Of a DNA stretch of 64,000 nt, positions 37,470 through 47,460 are shown piece after piece (positions within the stretch are counted from its first letter, which is position 1; every line of letters begins with the position of its first letter). Below the pieces are notes generated by a model. The model saw nothing but the letters and a program-made list of their open reading frames with translations. It was not told where the DNA came from and made no database searches. Both the position numbers and the translations under genes were made by a program. Location of the stretch: the NCBI GenBank assembly GCA_963804645.1, contig CAWDRG010000009.1, forward strand, positions 648,314 to 712,313, given 5' to 3'. Origin of the DNA: an uncultured Bacillota bacterium (GTDB lineage Bacteria > Sysuimicrobiota > Sysuimicrobiia > Sysuimicrobiales > Segetimicrobiaceae).

Positions 37470-37561
37470 GAGGGCATGACCTCCGTGTGAGGGCGGACGT
37501 GAGAGAGGTTTCGCTGCGGGGGCTCGGGGCGCCTTTCGGGCGCGGTCACGCGGTGGCGCGG

Positions 37562-38944
37562 CTACACGGATGCGGGGTCGCCGACCCCTCGGGCCGGCTG
37601 GTCGCCCGCGTCGATGACGCGGCGCTCGAGCGCGGCGATCGCGTCGGCGTCGAACCGCTCGTCGGCCTCGCGCTTCAGCAAGAAGATCGCGGTGTCCGGC
37701 GGGACCTCCGCGCAGTAGGGCCGCCAGGACGTCATCGCCTCGAAGGTGTCCGCCACGGCCAGCACCCGCGCCTCGGCGCTGAGCTGCGGGCGGGTGAGCC
37801 GCCACGGATACCCGCTGCCGTCGAGCCGTTCGTGGTGCAGCGCGGCCAGCCGCGCGACTTCCTGGAATGCGTCGACACGGGACAGGAGTTCCCACGTCCG
37901 GGTCGCGTGCTCGACGATGGCCTGACGCTCGTTCGCGTTCAGCGGGCCGGGCTTCTCGAGGATGCGGTTCGACACGGCGAGCTTCCCGATGTCGTGCAGC
38001 AGGCCGGCCCGGTAGAGGCGCCGCTGGGCGTCCGCGTCCATGCCGAGCATCTCCGCGATCCCGCGGGCGTACGCGGCGACCCGCGACGAGTGCCCGGACG
38101 TGAAGGCCGTCTTCGCGTCGACGATCTCGGCGAACGATTCGGCGACCCGGTCGAGCTGCGACTCGTCGACGCGCCGCACCGCCTCGGCGGGCTCCGTGTC
38201 GCGCACCATCTCGCGCGCCTCATCGCTCCACGCGCGCGTCCACCACTCGTCGTCCTCGCCCCACCCTGCCAGGGTCTCGACGAGCGCGGGGTCAAACCAC
38301 GTGCCCGACAGCGCGCGGATCGTCTGGAGGGCGGACGGCACGCCGCGGTCCGTCACGATCACCTCCACCGTCTGGGCGAGCCCGACGATGCGCGCGAGGA
38401 GCGGGATCGCCTCCCCCACGAGTCCTTCGGGATGGCCTCGGCCGTCCCAGTGCTCGTCGAGCGCGTGGATCGCCTGGGCCGTGGCCTCGGGAAGTTCGAG
38501 CCGCCGCGCGATCTCGGCGCCCCGCTGCGCGCGCAGCTGGACGAGCTCCCGCGTGTTCCGGGATCCGGTGAGCGCGATCCGGCTCATGTGGCGCACCCGC
38601 TCCGGCAGCGGACGCCCGATGCCAGCCGAGCGAATGCCGGAGATGACGGCATCGGTCTTGCGGGGCCAGTTGAGGGCGCGGAGCCGGCGCTTCACGATAT
38701 GGTCGTCCGATCCGAACAGCGCGGCCATCCGCTCCGCGTTGCTGGATCCGCCGGTATCCTTCAGCAGGACCGCGTAGTGCAGCGCGGAGCGCGTCTCCGC
38801 GTCGAGGCCGACGGCTCCGGCCAGCCGCATCGCGACCAGGCACGATCGGATTGCGTGTCCGGCCGTCTGGCCCTCCGTGAGGTCCAGCGCGTACGACAGC
38901 GAGGCCAGCACGTCTGACAGGCTCACCGCGGCGGTCAACACGCT
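37562..38944 (-). CDS. tandem HD-GYP domain protein (c-di-GMP phosphodiesterase-type; first HD domain degenerate)
   Basis: GTG start with AAAGGAG upstream. The second domain has HSSRVAAYARGIAE, LLHDIGKLAV, HHERLDGSGYP (HD ... GYP). The first domain has HAIRS, LLKDTGG, HWDGRGHPEGL. Confidence 0.75.
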   Translation of the reverse strand, partial: SVLTAAVSLSDVLASLSYALDLTEGQTAGHAIRSCLVAMRLAGAVGLDAETRSALHYAVLLKDTGGSSNAERMAALFGSDDHIVKRRLRALNWPRKTDAVISGIRSAGIGRPLPERVRHMSRIALTGSRNTRELVQLRAQRGAEIARRLELPEATAQAIHALDEHWDGRGHPEGLVGEAIPLLARIVGLAQTVEVIVTDRGVPSALQTIRALSGTWFDPALVETLAGWGEDDEWWTRAWSDEAREMVRDTEPAEAVRRVDESQLDRVAESFAEIVDAKTAFTSGHSSRVAAYARGIAEMLGMDADAQRRLYRAGLLHDIGKLAVSNRILEKPGPLNANERQAIVEHATRTWELLSRVDAFQEVARLAALHHERLDGSGYPWRLTRPQLSAEARVLAVADTFEAMTSWRPYCAEVPPDTAIFLLKREADERFDADAIAALERRVIDAGDQPARGVGDPASV

Positions 38945-39120
38945 CGCTCCTTTACTGCTGTTGTCCAGCGCGTGCCGGGATCACTCGGAGTTGCGATCCG
39001 GCACGCGCGGATCGCCGCGAGGGTTTCGCGATTACCATACCCCCGGGCGGACCGGCACAGACCTTTCGCGGTCATCAGTGCGGCCCCCGTCGGACGTCGG
39101 ACCGTGGCACGCGGCCGCGG

Positions 39121-40455
39121 CTACGCTTTGGCCGGCTGGGGCCGAACGCGGATATGATCGAGATGCTGGCGCACGATCGGCTCCAGCTCCTCCCACTCGA
39201 TCGCCGTCTGGCGGCCGCCGTCGAACTCGTGTTCCATCCAGGCGTGGATCTCGTGGAGTCCCGGGTCGTCCTTCGCCGGCTCGATGCCCATGTGCTGCTT
39301 GATCAGAAAGATCAGGCCGGCGATCCCCGAGTCTTTGGTCAGCGAGACCTCGAGCGGCCGGCCGAGCAGGGTCGGGACGTCAAACGGCGCGTACATCCAC
39401 CAGAACTTGTTGAGTCCGTCGGCGTGGATGCCCGCCCGGGTCCGGTGCGCGTCGCGGCCGTACAGCGGATACTTGGCCGGCAGCGGCTCGCCCATCTCGG
39501 CGTAGAGCGCGGCGAGGTCGTTCAGCGCCGTGAAGTCGGGGCGCGCGGTCGGGAAGTATCCCATCCCGATGAGATGCAGGAGGACTTGCTCGAGCGGCGC
39601 GTTTCCGGTGCGCTCCCCTTTGCCGAGGCACGTGCCGTTGATCGCGCCGCATCCCTCGCGGATCGCGGCCAGACAGTTCGCGACCACGAGGCCGGTGTCG
39701 TTGTGCGGGTGGAACTCCAGGTCCTCGGCCACGAGCCCGGCCTTGCGCATCGCGCGGAAGATCAGCGGGACGCTGCGGGGCAGCGCGACGTCGTCGTACG
39801 GCAGTCCCAGTCCCATCGTGTCGCAGATCCGGAACTTCGGCCGCAGCGAGGGTCCATACGGCGCCGCGGTGTCCATGACGGTCTCGATGAAGGCGAGCAT
39901 GAAGTCCATCGACGCGCGGGTGGCGTCCTCGAGGTGCAGCCGCGGCCGGACGCCGGCCTCCAGGGAGATCTTCACCGCGTCGAGATACGTCCCGGCGGCC
40001 TGCACGCGGCCGCCGGGCTTGAACTTGTGAAAGGTGTGGTAGTCGGAGGCGGACGCCAGCATGCCGGTCTCGCGCATCCCGAGGGTCTTGATCAGCTCGA
40101 CGTCCTTCGGGGTCGCGCGGATCCATGTCGTCGGCTCGATCGGCGCGCCGCTGCGGAAGCGCTCGAGCGCGCCCTGCAGCGCGGCGCGGTCGGAGGCGCG
40201 GTAGACGAAGAACTCCGCCTGCCGGATCGCGCCCGAGGTGCCGGTAAAGCGGCACAAGAGGTCGTAGATCCGGAGACTCTGGCTGGTGGTCAGCGGCAGC
40301 CCGCCCTGCTGCCCGTCCCGGTGTGTCGTTTCGGTCGTCCACGCCTCCTGGGGCAGCGTCGCGGGGCGGTGCGTCCAGATGTACCGCGGGAAGTCATCCC
40401 GCGGGAAGCTCTCGAGGAAATATTCCGGGGCGCTCGGATCGGTGATCTTCGGCAC
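39121..40455 (-). CDS. HMGL-like pyruvate-carboxyltransferase enzyme (homocitrate / 2-isopropylmalate / citramalate synthase family)
   Basis: DRE-TIM metallolyase motifs LEFHPHNDTGLVVANCLAAIREGCGAINGTCLGKGERTGNAPLEQV. The track ORF starts at 40770 with an implausible Cys/Arg/Ser-rich leader; it was trimmed to the GTG at 40455 (MPKITDPSAPEYF) behind GAGGAGGG. Confidence 0.75.
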   Translation of the reverse strand: MPKITDPSAPEYFLESFPRDDFPRYIWTHRPATLPQEAWTTETTHRDGQQGGLPLTTSQSLRIYDLLCRFTGTSGAIRQAEFFVYRASDRAALQGALERFRSGAPIEPTTWIRATPKDVELIKTLGMRETGMLASASDYHTFHKFKPGGRVQAAGTYLDAVKISLEAGVRPRLHLEDATRASMDFMLAFIETVMDTAAPYGPSLRPKFRICDTMGLGLPYDDVALPRSVPLIFRAMRKAGLVAEDLEFHPHNDTGLVVANCLAAIREGCGAINGTCLGKGERTGNAPLEQVLLHLIGMGYFPTARPDFTALNDLAALYAEMGEPLPAKYPLYGRDAHRTRAGIHADGLNKFWWMYAPFDVPTLLGRPLEVSLTKDSGIAGLIFLIKQHMGIEPAKDDPGLHEIHAWMEHEFDGGRQTAIEWEELEPIVRQHLDHIRVRPQPAKA

Positions 40456-40582
40456 GACACCCTCCTCGCTGTCGATCAGCGTGTCCGGCCCCGTGCGACC
40501 GTCGGCCGCGCCCGGACCGGGCCCGCGTCGTGGGCCCAGCGTGTCTAGTATACTGCCGGCGCCGTCCGGCCGCCAGCACCCG

Positions 40583-42182
40583 TTACTCGGCGGATGCGAC
40601 GTCCGACGCGGACACCCGCTGGCCCCGCCGCATGAACAGCACCAGCGGCAGGCACGCAAAAAACACGATGCCGATGACACCGAACGCGTAATCGTATGCG
40701 ACCACGTAGGCCTGCTGGGTGATCCAGGCCTGGAGCGTCGCGAGCGCCTGCATGTGGGCGGTCGTGGCATCGCTGCCGTGCGCGATGAATCCCGCCTGCA
40801 GCAGCTTCCACCACTGCATGAACTGCTGATTGTAGATGGACGCGTACTTCATCAGATTGGCGCTCGCGGTCACGACCTTGTGGTCGACCAGCGTGATCAC
40901 GATCGCGGTGCCCAGGCTGCCTCCCAGCTGCCGGACCAGGTTGTACATCCCGGTGGCGTTCTGCATCTGCGGCCGCGGGATCGTGGACAGCGACGAGGTG
41001 GACAGCGACACGAACATCAGCGAGAACCCGATCCCCTGTAAAAGTTGCGGCACGAGGATCTGCACTTCGCTCGTGTTCAGGTTGAACTGCGCCATCATCA
41101 GCCCGGCGCCGCCGCTCAGCAGCAGGCCGCAGGGCAGCATGATGTACACGCCGAGTCGGTTGTAGAGCATGCCGGCGATCGGCATCATCAGGAGCATGCT
41201 GAGCGATCGGGGGATCAGGGTCACGCCGGCCTGCGTCGCGCTGTAGCCGAGCAGCTGCTGGAAGAACAGCGGCATGAGAATCATGCCGCCCCACAGCGCC
41301 AAGCCGAGCACCCCGATCACGATCGTCCCGGAGGCAAACGACGCGTTCCGCAGCACGCGAAGGTCCACCACGGGGTCCTTCACGCGCAGCTCCCAGAGGA
41401 CGAACACGGTCAGGGCCACGACCGAGACGATGACGAGCGTCGTGATGAACGGGCTCCCGAACCACCCGTCCGTTTCCCCCTGCTCGAGCAGGATCTGCAG
41501 CGAGGCGAGGCCGACCGCCATCAGGCCGATGCCGACGCCGTCGATGCGGCGGATGCCCTGCGCCCGCATGTACGGCGGGTCGATGATGAACAGCGACGCC
41601 ATGAACAGGCCGATGATCCCGATCGGGATATTGACGAAGAAGATGAACGGCCACGAGAGGTTGTCCGTGATCCAGCCCCCGAGGCTCGGCCCAAGCGCGG
41701 GGCCGAGCATGCCGATCATCGCAAACATCCCCATCGCCTGCGCCTGTTCGTTCGGCGGGAACGTCTCGCGCATGATCGCCTGGGAGACGGGCTGGAGCGC
41801 TCCGCCGCCGATCCCCTGGAGGACCCGGAAGGCGATCAGCTCGCCGAGCGTGCGGGACATGCCGCAGAGGGCGGACGCGATCGTGAAGATGGTGATCGAC
41901 AGCATGAACATGCGCTTGCGGCCGAGCACCGACGCCACCCACGCGGTGAGCGGCATGATGATCACGAGGGTGATCAGGTAGGAGGTGCTGACCCACGTCA
42001 CTTCCTGGGTGGTGACCCCGTACGTCGCCTTAATATGGGCGAGCGACACGTTGACGACGCTCGTATCGATCGCGCCCATCATGCCCCCGAACAGGATGGA
42101 GGCGGAGACGACCCACTTGTTGGGCCGCGGCGGGAACGCCGCGTCCGCCGAGGGCCGCCGGGAGGGTCGCGGTCGCGGCCAT
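40583..42182 (-). CDS. MFS drug:H+ antiporter, DHA2 (EmrB/QacA) family; N-terminal region shows a probable frameshift or non-canonical start
   Basis: 14-TM protein. The track frame starts MMGAIDTSVVNVSLAHI at 42082, but the same frame is open upstream and encodes TM1 (...PNKWVVSASILFGG). The only ATG with sensible spacing to the HlyD stop (42182) is one frame off and reads MAATATLPAALGGRGVPAAAQQ.... A 1-nt indel near 42105-42115 (a ccc run) would join them. Confidence 0.8.
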
Positions 42183-42192
42183 TGCGCTCGGC

Positions 42193-43617
42193 CTACTTGT
42201 CCACCCGTCGCGTGTCGATCGCCACCTCGCAGGACAGGCCGACCTGCAGGAGCCGGCCGGGATCCGTGCCCTGAACCAGGGTGATCTTGACGGGGACCAA
42301 TTGGACGACCTTCACGAAGTTGCCGGTCGCGTTATCGGGCGGCAGGAGCGCGACGGACGACCCCGTCGCCGCGCCCAGGCTTTGGACGTGGCCCTGGAAG
42401 ACGCGGCCGCGAAACGCGTCCACGGTGATCCGCACCGGATTCCCGACCTGCACGTTGCTGAGCTGCGTCTCCTTGAGGTTCGCGACGACCCAGATGTCGT
42501 GGGCGATCGTCACCGACAACAGCGGCTCGTTCGGCTGCACGACCATCCCCAGCTCCGCCGTGCGGTTCGTGACCCATCCGTCGGCGGGCGCGCGGATCAG
42601 CGTCCGGTCGAGGTTGACTTGTGCCGTCGTGACCGCCTGCGCGGCCTGCGCGGCCTGCGCCTGGGCCTGGGCCAGCATCTGCGCCTTCTGCTGCACGAGC
42701 GTGTTGCCGGCCTCGGCCTGCGCCAGGGTGCCCCGCGCCTGCGCGATCTCCCCCTGATTCACCGTGATGTTCTGTTCCGCGATGGTGACCTGCTGGAGGT
42801 TGGCCTTCGCCGACACCAGCGCGGATTGGGCCTGCCGCAGGGCATCCTGAGCCGAGAGATACGCCGCCTGCGCGGTCTCGTACGCCGCGTTGTCGGCGTC
42901 GACCTGGGCCTGGGCAATCGCCCCCTCGGAGAGGAGCTGATGGTCGCGGGCGAGCGTCTTTTGCGCCGCATCGGCGTTCGCCTTGGTCGAGGCGATGTTG
43001 GCTTGCGCCGTGGTGACCTGTTCCTGCGCCTGGGAGACCGCGGCGGCCGTCTGCTGCCGTTCCATGTTCAGCTGTGCCTGGGCTTGGGGCAGCTTGGGCG
43101 TGGTCGCCTGGAGCGCGCCGCGCGCGACGCTCAGGCCGGTGCTGTACTCCTCTTGCTGCGCGTTCAGCGCCGCCTGCCCGGCATTGACCTGCGCCTGGGC
43201 GGCCGCGAGATTCGCCCGCGCGGACCCGAGCGCGAGACGGTAGTCCGTGGGATCGATCTGGACCAGGACCTGTCCCGCGCGCACCAGCTGGTTGTCGGTG
43301 ATGTCGAGCTTGACGATCGTGCCCGTGATCAGGGCCGCGACGGGCGCGACATCGCCGGTGGTCTGGGCGTTGTCGGTCTTCACGATCCCGAGGTTCGACC
43401 GCCAGTACGCGAACGCCGCCGCCAGGATGATCAGGACGACCAGGGCGGCCACCGGAAGCGCGAGACTCCGTCGGGACCTGCGGGTCGCAGGAGGCGTCTG
43501 CGGCTCGGGCGCCGGGATGTCACCATCCCGCCCCGAGCCGGTGGGGCGCGTTTTCTCAGCGTCGGCGGCAATCGTCGGGCCAGCCTTCACGTCGACTGCG
43601 CTAGGTGCGTCGTTCAT
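42193..43617 (-). CDS. HlyD-family membrane-fusion protein (EmrA-like)
   Basis: N-terminal TM anchor (LALPVAALVVLIILAAAF), a long Ala/Gln-rich coiled coil, and a C-terminal beta-barrel (...VKITLVQGTDPGRLLQVGLSCEVAIDTR). Confidence 0.85.
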   Translation of the reverse strand: MNDAPSAVDVKAGPTIAADAEKTRPTGSGRDGDIPAPEPQTPPATRRSRRSLALPVAALVVLIILAAAFAYWRSNLGIVKTDNAQTTGDVAPVAALITGTIVKLDITDNQLVRAGQVLVQIDPTDYRLALGSARANLAAAQAQVNAGQAALNAQQEEYSTGLSVARGALQATTPKLPQAQAQLNMERQQTAAAVSQAQEQVTTAQANIASTKANADAAQKTLARDHQLLSEGAIAQAQVDADNAAYETAQAAYLSAQDALRQAQSALVSAKANLQQVTIAEQNITVNQGEIAQARGTLAQAEAGNTLVQQKAQMLAQAQAQAAQAAQAVTTAQVNLDRTLIRAPADGWVTNRTAELGMVVQPNEPLLSVTIAHDIWVVANLKETQLSNVQVGNPVRITVDAFRGRVFQGHVQSLGAATGSSVALLPPDNATGNFVKVVQLVPVKITLVQGTDPGRLLQVGLSCEVAIDTRRVDK

Positions 43618-44141
43618 CGGGTCTCTCCCACTCCTTCGAGTGACGGTGCTCGGCCGGCCGCCTGCTCCTGCAATACCTGCTCGCGTATTCCCCGGAGCCG
43701 AACCAGCCGTTCCTGCAGTTCCTTGTGAAGCTTCGCCAGCCGCGCCGTGCGCTCGTCAACGATGCGCATCTGAGACTGTGCCAGCGCCATGGCCTGATCG
43801 AGCAGCCCGAGGCGCGTCGCCGGATCCGTGGCCTGCTGGTACGCCTCGCGGATTTCCGCGCGCACCGCGTCCGCGTGGAGCGTTTCCTTGATCTCAGCGA
43901 GTGAAATGCCGAGGAGCGACTGCAACTCCTTGATCCTCAGCAGCAGGGCGATCTCCGCCTCGGTGAAGAGGCGAAACCCGCCGGCGGTTCTCCCTGAGGG
44001 GGACAGCAGACCCACTTCTTCGTAGTAGCGAATCGCGCGCGGAGTCAAGCTCGTCCGGCGGACAACTTCTTCCATGCGGTAGTTCGCTTGGGGTCCGGTG
44101 GGATCTTGCTCCTCTGAGATGGGTGCCTGACCGTCCGTCAT
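43614..44141 (-). CDS. MerR-family transcriptional regulator
   Basis: MEEVVRRTSLTPRAIRYYEEVGLLSP is a MerR HTH, followed by a coiled-coil dimerisation helix. Overlaps the hlyD start (ATGA). Likely regulates the emrAB-like operon. Alternative start at 44075. Confidence 0.8.
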   Translation of the reverse strand: MTDGQAPISEEQDPTGPQANYRMEEVVRRTSLTPRAIRYYEEVGLLSPSGRTAGGFRLFTEAEIALLLRIKELQSLLGISLAEIKETLHADAVRAEIREAYQQATDPATRLGLLDQAMALAQSQMRIVDERTARLAKLHKELQERLVRLRGIREQVLQEQAAGRAPSLEGVGETR

Positions 44142-44632
44142 CCGCTCATTCTCCTACCCAAAGCTTAATCAAATAGCGCTTTAGGGATTATAACATACTC
44201 TTCCGTTAACGTGACATTGCCCAAATTACTTCCGTTGTTGCCGCCCGTTTTCGGGGCGCCGGGACCGTCGCCATCCCTTCCGTCACGTAAACGAGAGATT
44301 CTACTCCTGCTCGCCGCCTGCCTTGACTTGCCTAGAATGGTTCGACCTGCCCCCCGAGGCGGTGCTGCCTCGGAAGGCGCCTGGTGACGCGGGTCGAGGC
44401 CGGCACTCACGGGGTGATTCGTCCGTTGAAACTGGCATCGCTTCTTGCTATGCGCCGGCCGGAGCAATCCTGTTCCGGATGCCTATATGTATTCGTATTC
44501 GCCTTCGACGTATAATCGAACACCGGTTCGCGTGGCGAAGGCGGCCGTTGCGCATGCGCGCCTGCGGGTATAAGATTCTCGTTGCCGCCCAAGGCGGCAG
44601 CGCGTGGGGGGCATAGCTGGGGGGATCGCGTC

Positions 44633-45496
44633 GTGCGACCGTCTTGGAGGGGCTACGTCAGCTTCGGGCTCGTGACGATTCCCGTTAAACTGTACACGGC
44701 GACCGAACAGAAAGACGTTCGGTTCCGACTGCTGCACACCGTCTGTCATACGCCCATCAAGAATCAGCGCTTCTGTCCTCACTGCGACCGCGTGATCGAA
44801 TGGGCCGACGTCGTCCGCGGGTACGAGGCGAGCAAGGGTCGCTTCGTGCTCGTGACCGACGAGGAGCTGGAGCAGATTCCGATCGACACCAGCGGCAACG
44901 TGAATATCGCCGGGTTCGTCGAACTCCAGGACATCGACCCGATCTACTACGAGCGGTCCTACTACGTCGCGCCGGACGAGGGCGGAGCCAAGGCGTTTCT
45001 CCTGCTCGAGGAGGCGCTGCGCGAGGCGAACCGGGTGGCGATCGGCAAAGTGGTGATTCGGGAGAAAGAGCAGCTCGTGTCGCTTCGCCCGTATCAAAAG
45101 GCGATGGTGCTGAGCACGCTGTTCTATGCCGACGAGGTGCGGTCGCTGTCCGGTCTGGAAGAACTGCCGGTGGAGGCCACGGTGCATCCCAACGAGCGGA
45201 AGATGGCCGTGCAGCTCGTGGAGAATCTCGCGATGGAGTTCAATGTCGAGGAGTTCAAAGACGAGTACCGTGATGCCCTCATGGCGATGATCAGTGCGAA
45301 GGGTAAGGGCGAGGAAGTCGCCGGGCCGAAAGAGGCGCCCGCCCCGGGCAAGGTCGTCGACCTGATGGAGGCGCTCAAGCGAAGTGTCGAGATGGCGAAG
45401 GGCAGCCATCGGCGGCCGGCGGCCGACGGCAAGAGCGCCCGCGCCGCGGGCCAGCAGCGGCGGGCGGCGGGCGGCATGCACGAGCGTCCGCGATAG
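44633..45496 (+). CDS. ku: Ku protein (non-homologous end-joining DNA-end binding)
   Basis: WRGYVSFGLVTIPVKLYTATEQKDVRFRLLH is the canonical Ku beta-barrel N-terminus. The C-terminal tail is basic. GTG start, trimmed from the track start at 44582. No ligD gene in the window. Confidence 0.85.
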   Translation: MRPSWRGYVSFGLVTIPVKLYTATEQKDVRFRLLHTVCHTPIKNQRFCPHCDRVIEWADVVRGYEASKGRFVLVTDEELEQIPIDTSGNVNIAGFVELQDIDPIYYERSYYVAPDEGGAKAFLLLEEALREANRVAIGKVVIREKEQLVSLRPYQKAMVLSTLFYADEVRSLSGLEELPVEATVHPNERKMAVQLVENLAMEFNVEEFKDEYRDALMAMISAKGKGEEVAGPKEAPAPGKVVDLMEALKRSVEMAKGSHRRPAADGKSARAAGQQRRAAGGMHERPR

Positions 45497-45528
45497 CGAT
45501 CGTCCCCAAGCGCACGCGCGTGACGCGC

Positions 45529-45558
45529 CGAACGGCGGCCCGGAAGGGCCGCCGTTCG
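45529..45558. terminator. bidirectional stem-loop terminator (13-bp perfect stem, GGAA tetraloop)
   Basis: CGAACGGCGGCCC-ggaa-GGGCCGCCGTTCG between the convergent ku (+) and substrate-binding-protein (-) genes. Confidence 0.6.
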
Positions 45559-45586
45559 GACTATCGTCGGAACTGCGCCGGCGCGC

Positions 45587-47197
45587 TTACTTCCAGGTCG
45601 CGTAGATCGCGGCCCACTTCTCGTTTGGCGTCACGCTCACGCCCTGCAGATGGTTGGTCGCGACCATGTAGAAGTCCTGACTCCAGAGGAAGATCCACGG
45701 CGCGTCCTTCCAGATCATCTGCTGCGCTTCCTTATACATCGCCTCGCGCTTCGTTTGATCCGGGACCGTCTGGGCCTGCAGCAACAGGTTGTCGACGTCG
45801 GTGTCCTTGTAGAACGACGGCGCCAGCCCGGTGGGCGGCCACTGCCCCGAGTAGAACTGGCCGAACAGCTCGCCGTCGGCGTCCAGGTACTGCGTCGCCC
45901 ACCCGAGGATGAAGATCTGAAGCGGGCTCTGCGCCAGCGGAGTCACCATCCACTTCACGTACGTCGGCCAGTCGGAGGTCTGGACGTTCGCCTGGATCCC
46001 GACGTTGCTGAGCTGCGCCGCGACCGCCTGGGCGAACTGATAGTCCTGGATGTACCGCCCCGTGGGGGTCCGGAAGTCGAGCTGGAAGCCCTGGGGGTAG
46101 CCGGCCTCCGAGAGCAGCTTCTTCGCCAGCGTCGGGTTGAACGGCCACCCGCCCGCCTGCAGCTTGGTGTATCCAAACAGCGCCGGGGTCGTCGGCGACT
46201 CGAGCACGTGCGCGAGGCCGAACAGCACGCTGTGGATGATCGCATCCTTGTTGATCGCGTAGTTGAGGGCCTGGCGTACCCGGACGTCCTTCAGCGGTCC
46301 GTATTGGTTGTTGAGCCCGATGAAGACGTCGCGGTCGCTCGCTCCGGAGATCACCGTGAGCGTGTTGTCCTTGCGGAGCGTGGGAACGTCCGGGGCGGGC
46401 GGTTCGTATGCCATCTGGACGTCGCCCGCGCGCAGCATGGTCTCGCGCGTGCCGGCGTTCGGCACGACGCGGAAGATCACCGTGTCGAAATACGGCTTCT
46501 TCCCCCAATAGTTCGGGTTCTTGACGAGCGTGATGTGGTCGCCGTGCACCCACTCCTTGAACACGTAGGGACCCGTCCCGGCATCCGTCGGGCCGAGCAC
46601 GATCTTGTCGTTGCCGATCTTCTTGACCGCGGTCGGCGAGAGGATCATCCCCGGCCCCGCGGCCATCCGCTCGAGCAGCGTCGGACTGGTCTGCTTGAGG
46701 TGCAGCACCACCGTATACGGATCCGGGGTGTCGATCCGGGTGGCGTCGATGTCGGTGAAGTAATACCGGTTCGGATTGCGCACGCTGGTGTCGAGCCACC
46801 GCTGGACGTTGAACTTCACCGCGTCCGCGTTGAAGTCGGTGCCGTCCTGGAACTTGACGCCCTGCCGCAGTTTAAACGTGTAGGTCAGCCCGTCGGGGCT
46901 CACCGTCCACGACGTCGCGAGCTGCGGCGTGAGCTTCGTATACTGGGGCTGGCCCGGTTCCACGCCCGAGCGCTCGTCGTTCGGCCAGATGAGCGAGTCG
47001 AACATGTATTCCACCATGTTGGACACGGTGGTGGTCGTCTGCCCTTCGGGGTCGAGCGTGTCGGCGTCGATGCCGACGGCGATCGTCAGGGTGGTCGGCG
47101 CGGCGGCGAATCCTCCCCGGGGGATCACGAGGAGCACCACCGCCACGACGCAGGCCACCAGCAGCGCGACGACGGGACGTACGGCCGATCGGATCAT
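45587..47197 (-). CDS. ABC transporter substrate-binding protein, family 5 (DppA/OppA-like)
   Basis: Signal peptide MIRSAVRPVVALLVACVVAVVLLV, then TLTIAVGIDADTLDP and ...FNVQRWLDTSV.... 536 aa. Confidence 0.85.
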   Translation of the reverse strand: MIRSAVRPVVALLVACVVAVVLLVIPRGGFAAAPTTLTIAVGIDADTLDPEGQTTTTVSNMVEYMFDSLIWPNDERSGVEPGQPQYTKLTPQLATSWTVSPDGLTYTFKLRQGVKFQDGTDFNADAVKFNVQRWLDTSVRNPNRYYFTDIDATRIDTPDPYTVVLHLKQTSPTLLERMAAGPGMILSPTAVKKIGNDKIVLGPTDAGTGPYVFKEWVHGDHITLVKNPNYWGKKPYFDTVIFRVVPNAGTRETMLRAGDVQMAYEPPAPDVPTLRKDNTLTVISGASDRDVFIGLNNQYGPLKDVRVRQALNYAINKDAIIHSVLFGLAHVLESPTTPALFGYTKLQAGGWPFNPTLAKKLLSEAGYPQGFQLDFRTPTGRYIQDYQFAQAVAAQLSNVGIQANVQTSDWPTYVKWMVTPLAQSPLQIFILGWATQYLDADGELFGQFYSGQWPPTGLAPSFYKDTDVDNLLLQAQTVPDQTKREAMYKEAQQMIWKDAPWIFLWSQDFYMVATNHLQGVSVTPNEKWAAIYATWK

Positions 47198-47367
47198 GGC
47201 TCACATCCCTCCTTCTTGCGTATGAGGCTATGCGGCCGGAGCCGCCGATCTGGGCGCGGAGGGTCCCGCGCGACAGGGCTATCTACAGTACGCGCTGCCG
47301 GGGAGGAATTCCTTTGGACGAGGCTTGCGGACTAGGCAGACGACTGCCACCGAAGTAGAATATGCCC

Positions 47368-47460
47368 CGGAGGGGTGCGAGAGCTCGGCTGAATCGGGCG
47401 GTCTCGAAAACCGCTAGGCGGGCAACTGCCTCGGGGGTTCAAATCCCTCCCCCTCCGCCA
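47368..47460 (+). tRNA. tRNA-Ser (anticodon CGA), class II with long variable arm
   Basis: GGAGGGG/CCCCTCC 7-bp acceptor stem, D stem CGA/TCG, anticodon stem GCGGT/ACCGC with loop CU-CGA-AA, long variable arm, T arm GGGGG-TTCAAAT-CCCTC, discriminator G plus encoded CCA. Confidence 0.85.

Noticed and set aside
44300-44340. Apparent TTGACT ... TAGAAT promoter-like hexamers upstream of ku
   Set aside because: The spacer between the two hexamers is only about 4 nt, incompatible with a sigma-70 promoter. Only the downstream TATAAT (around 44510) was mentioned, as a weak candidate.
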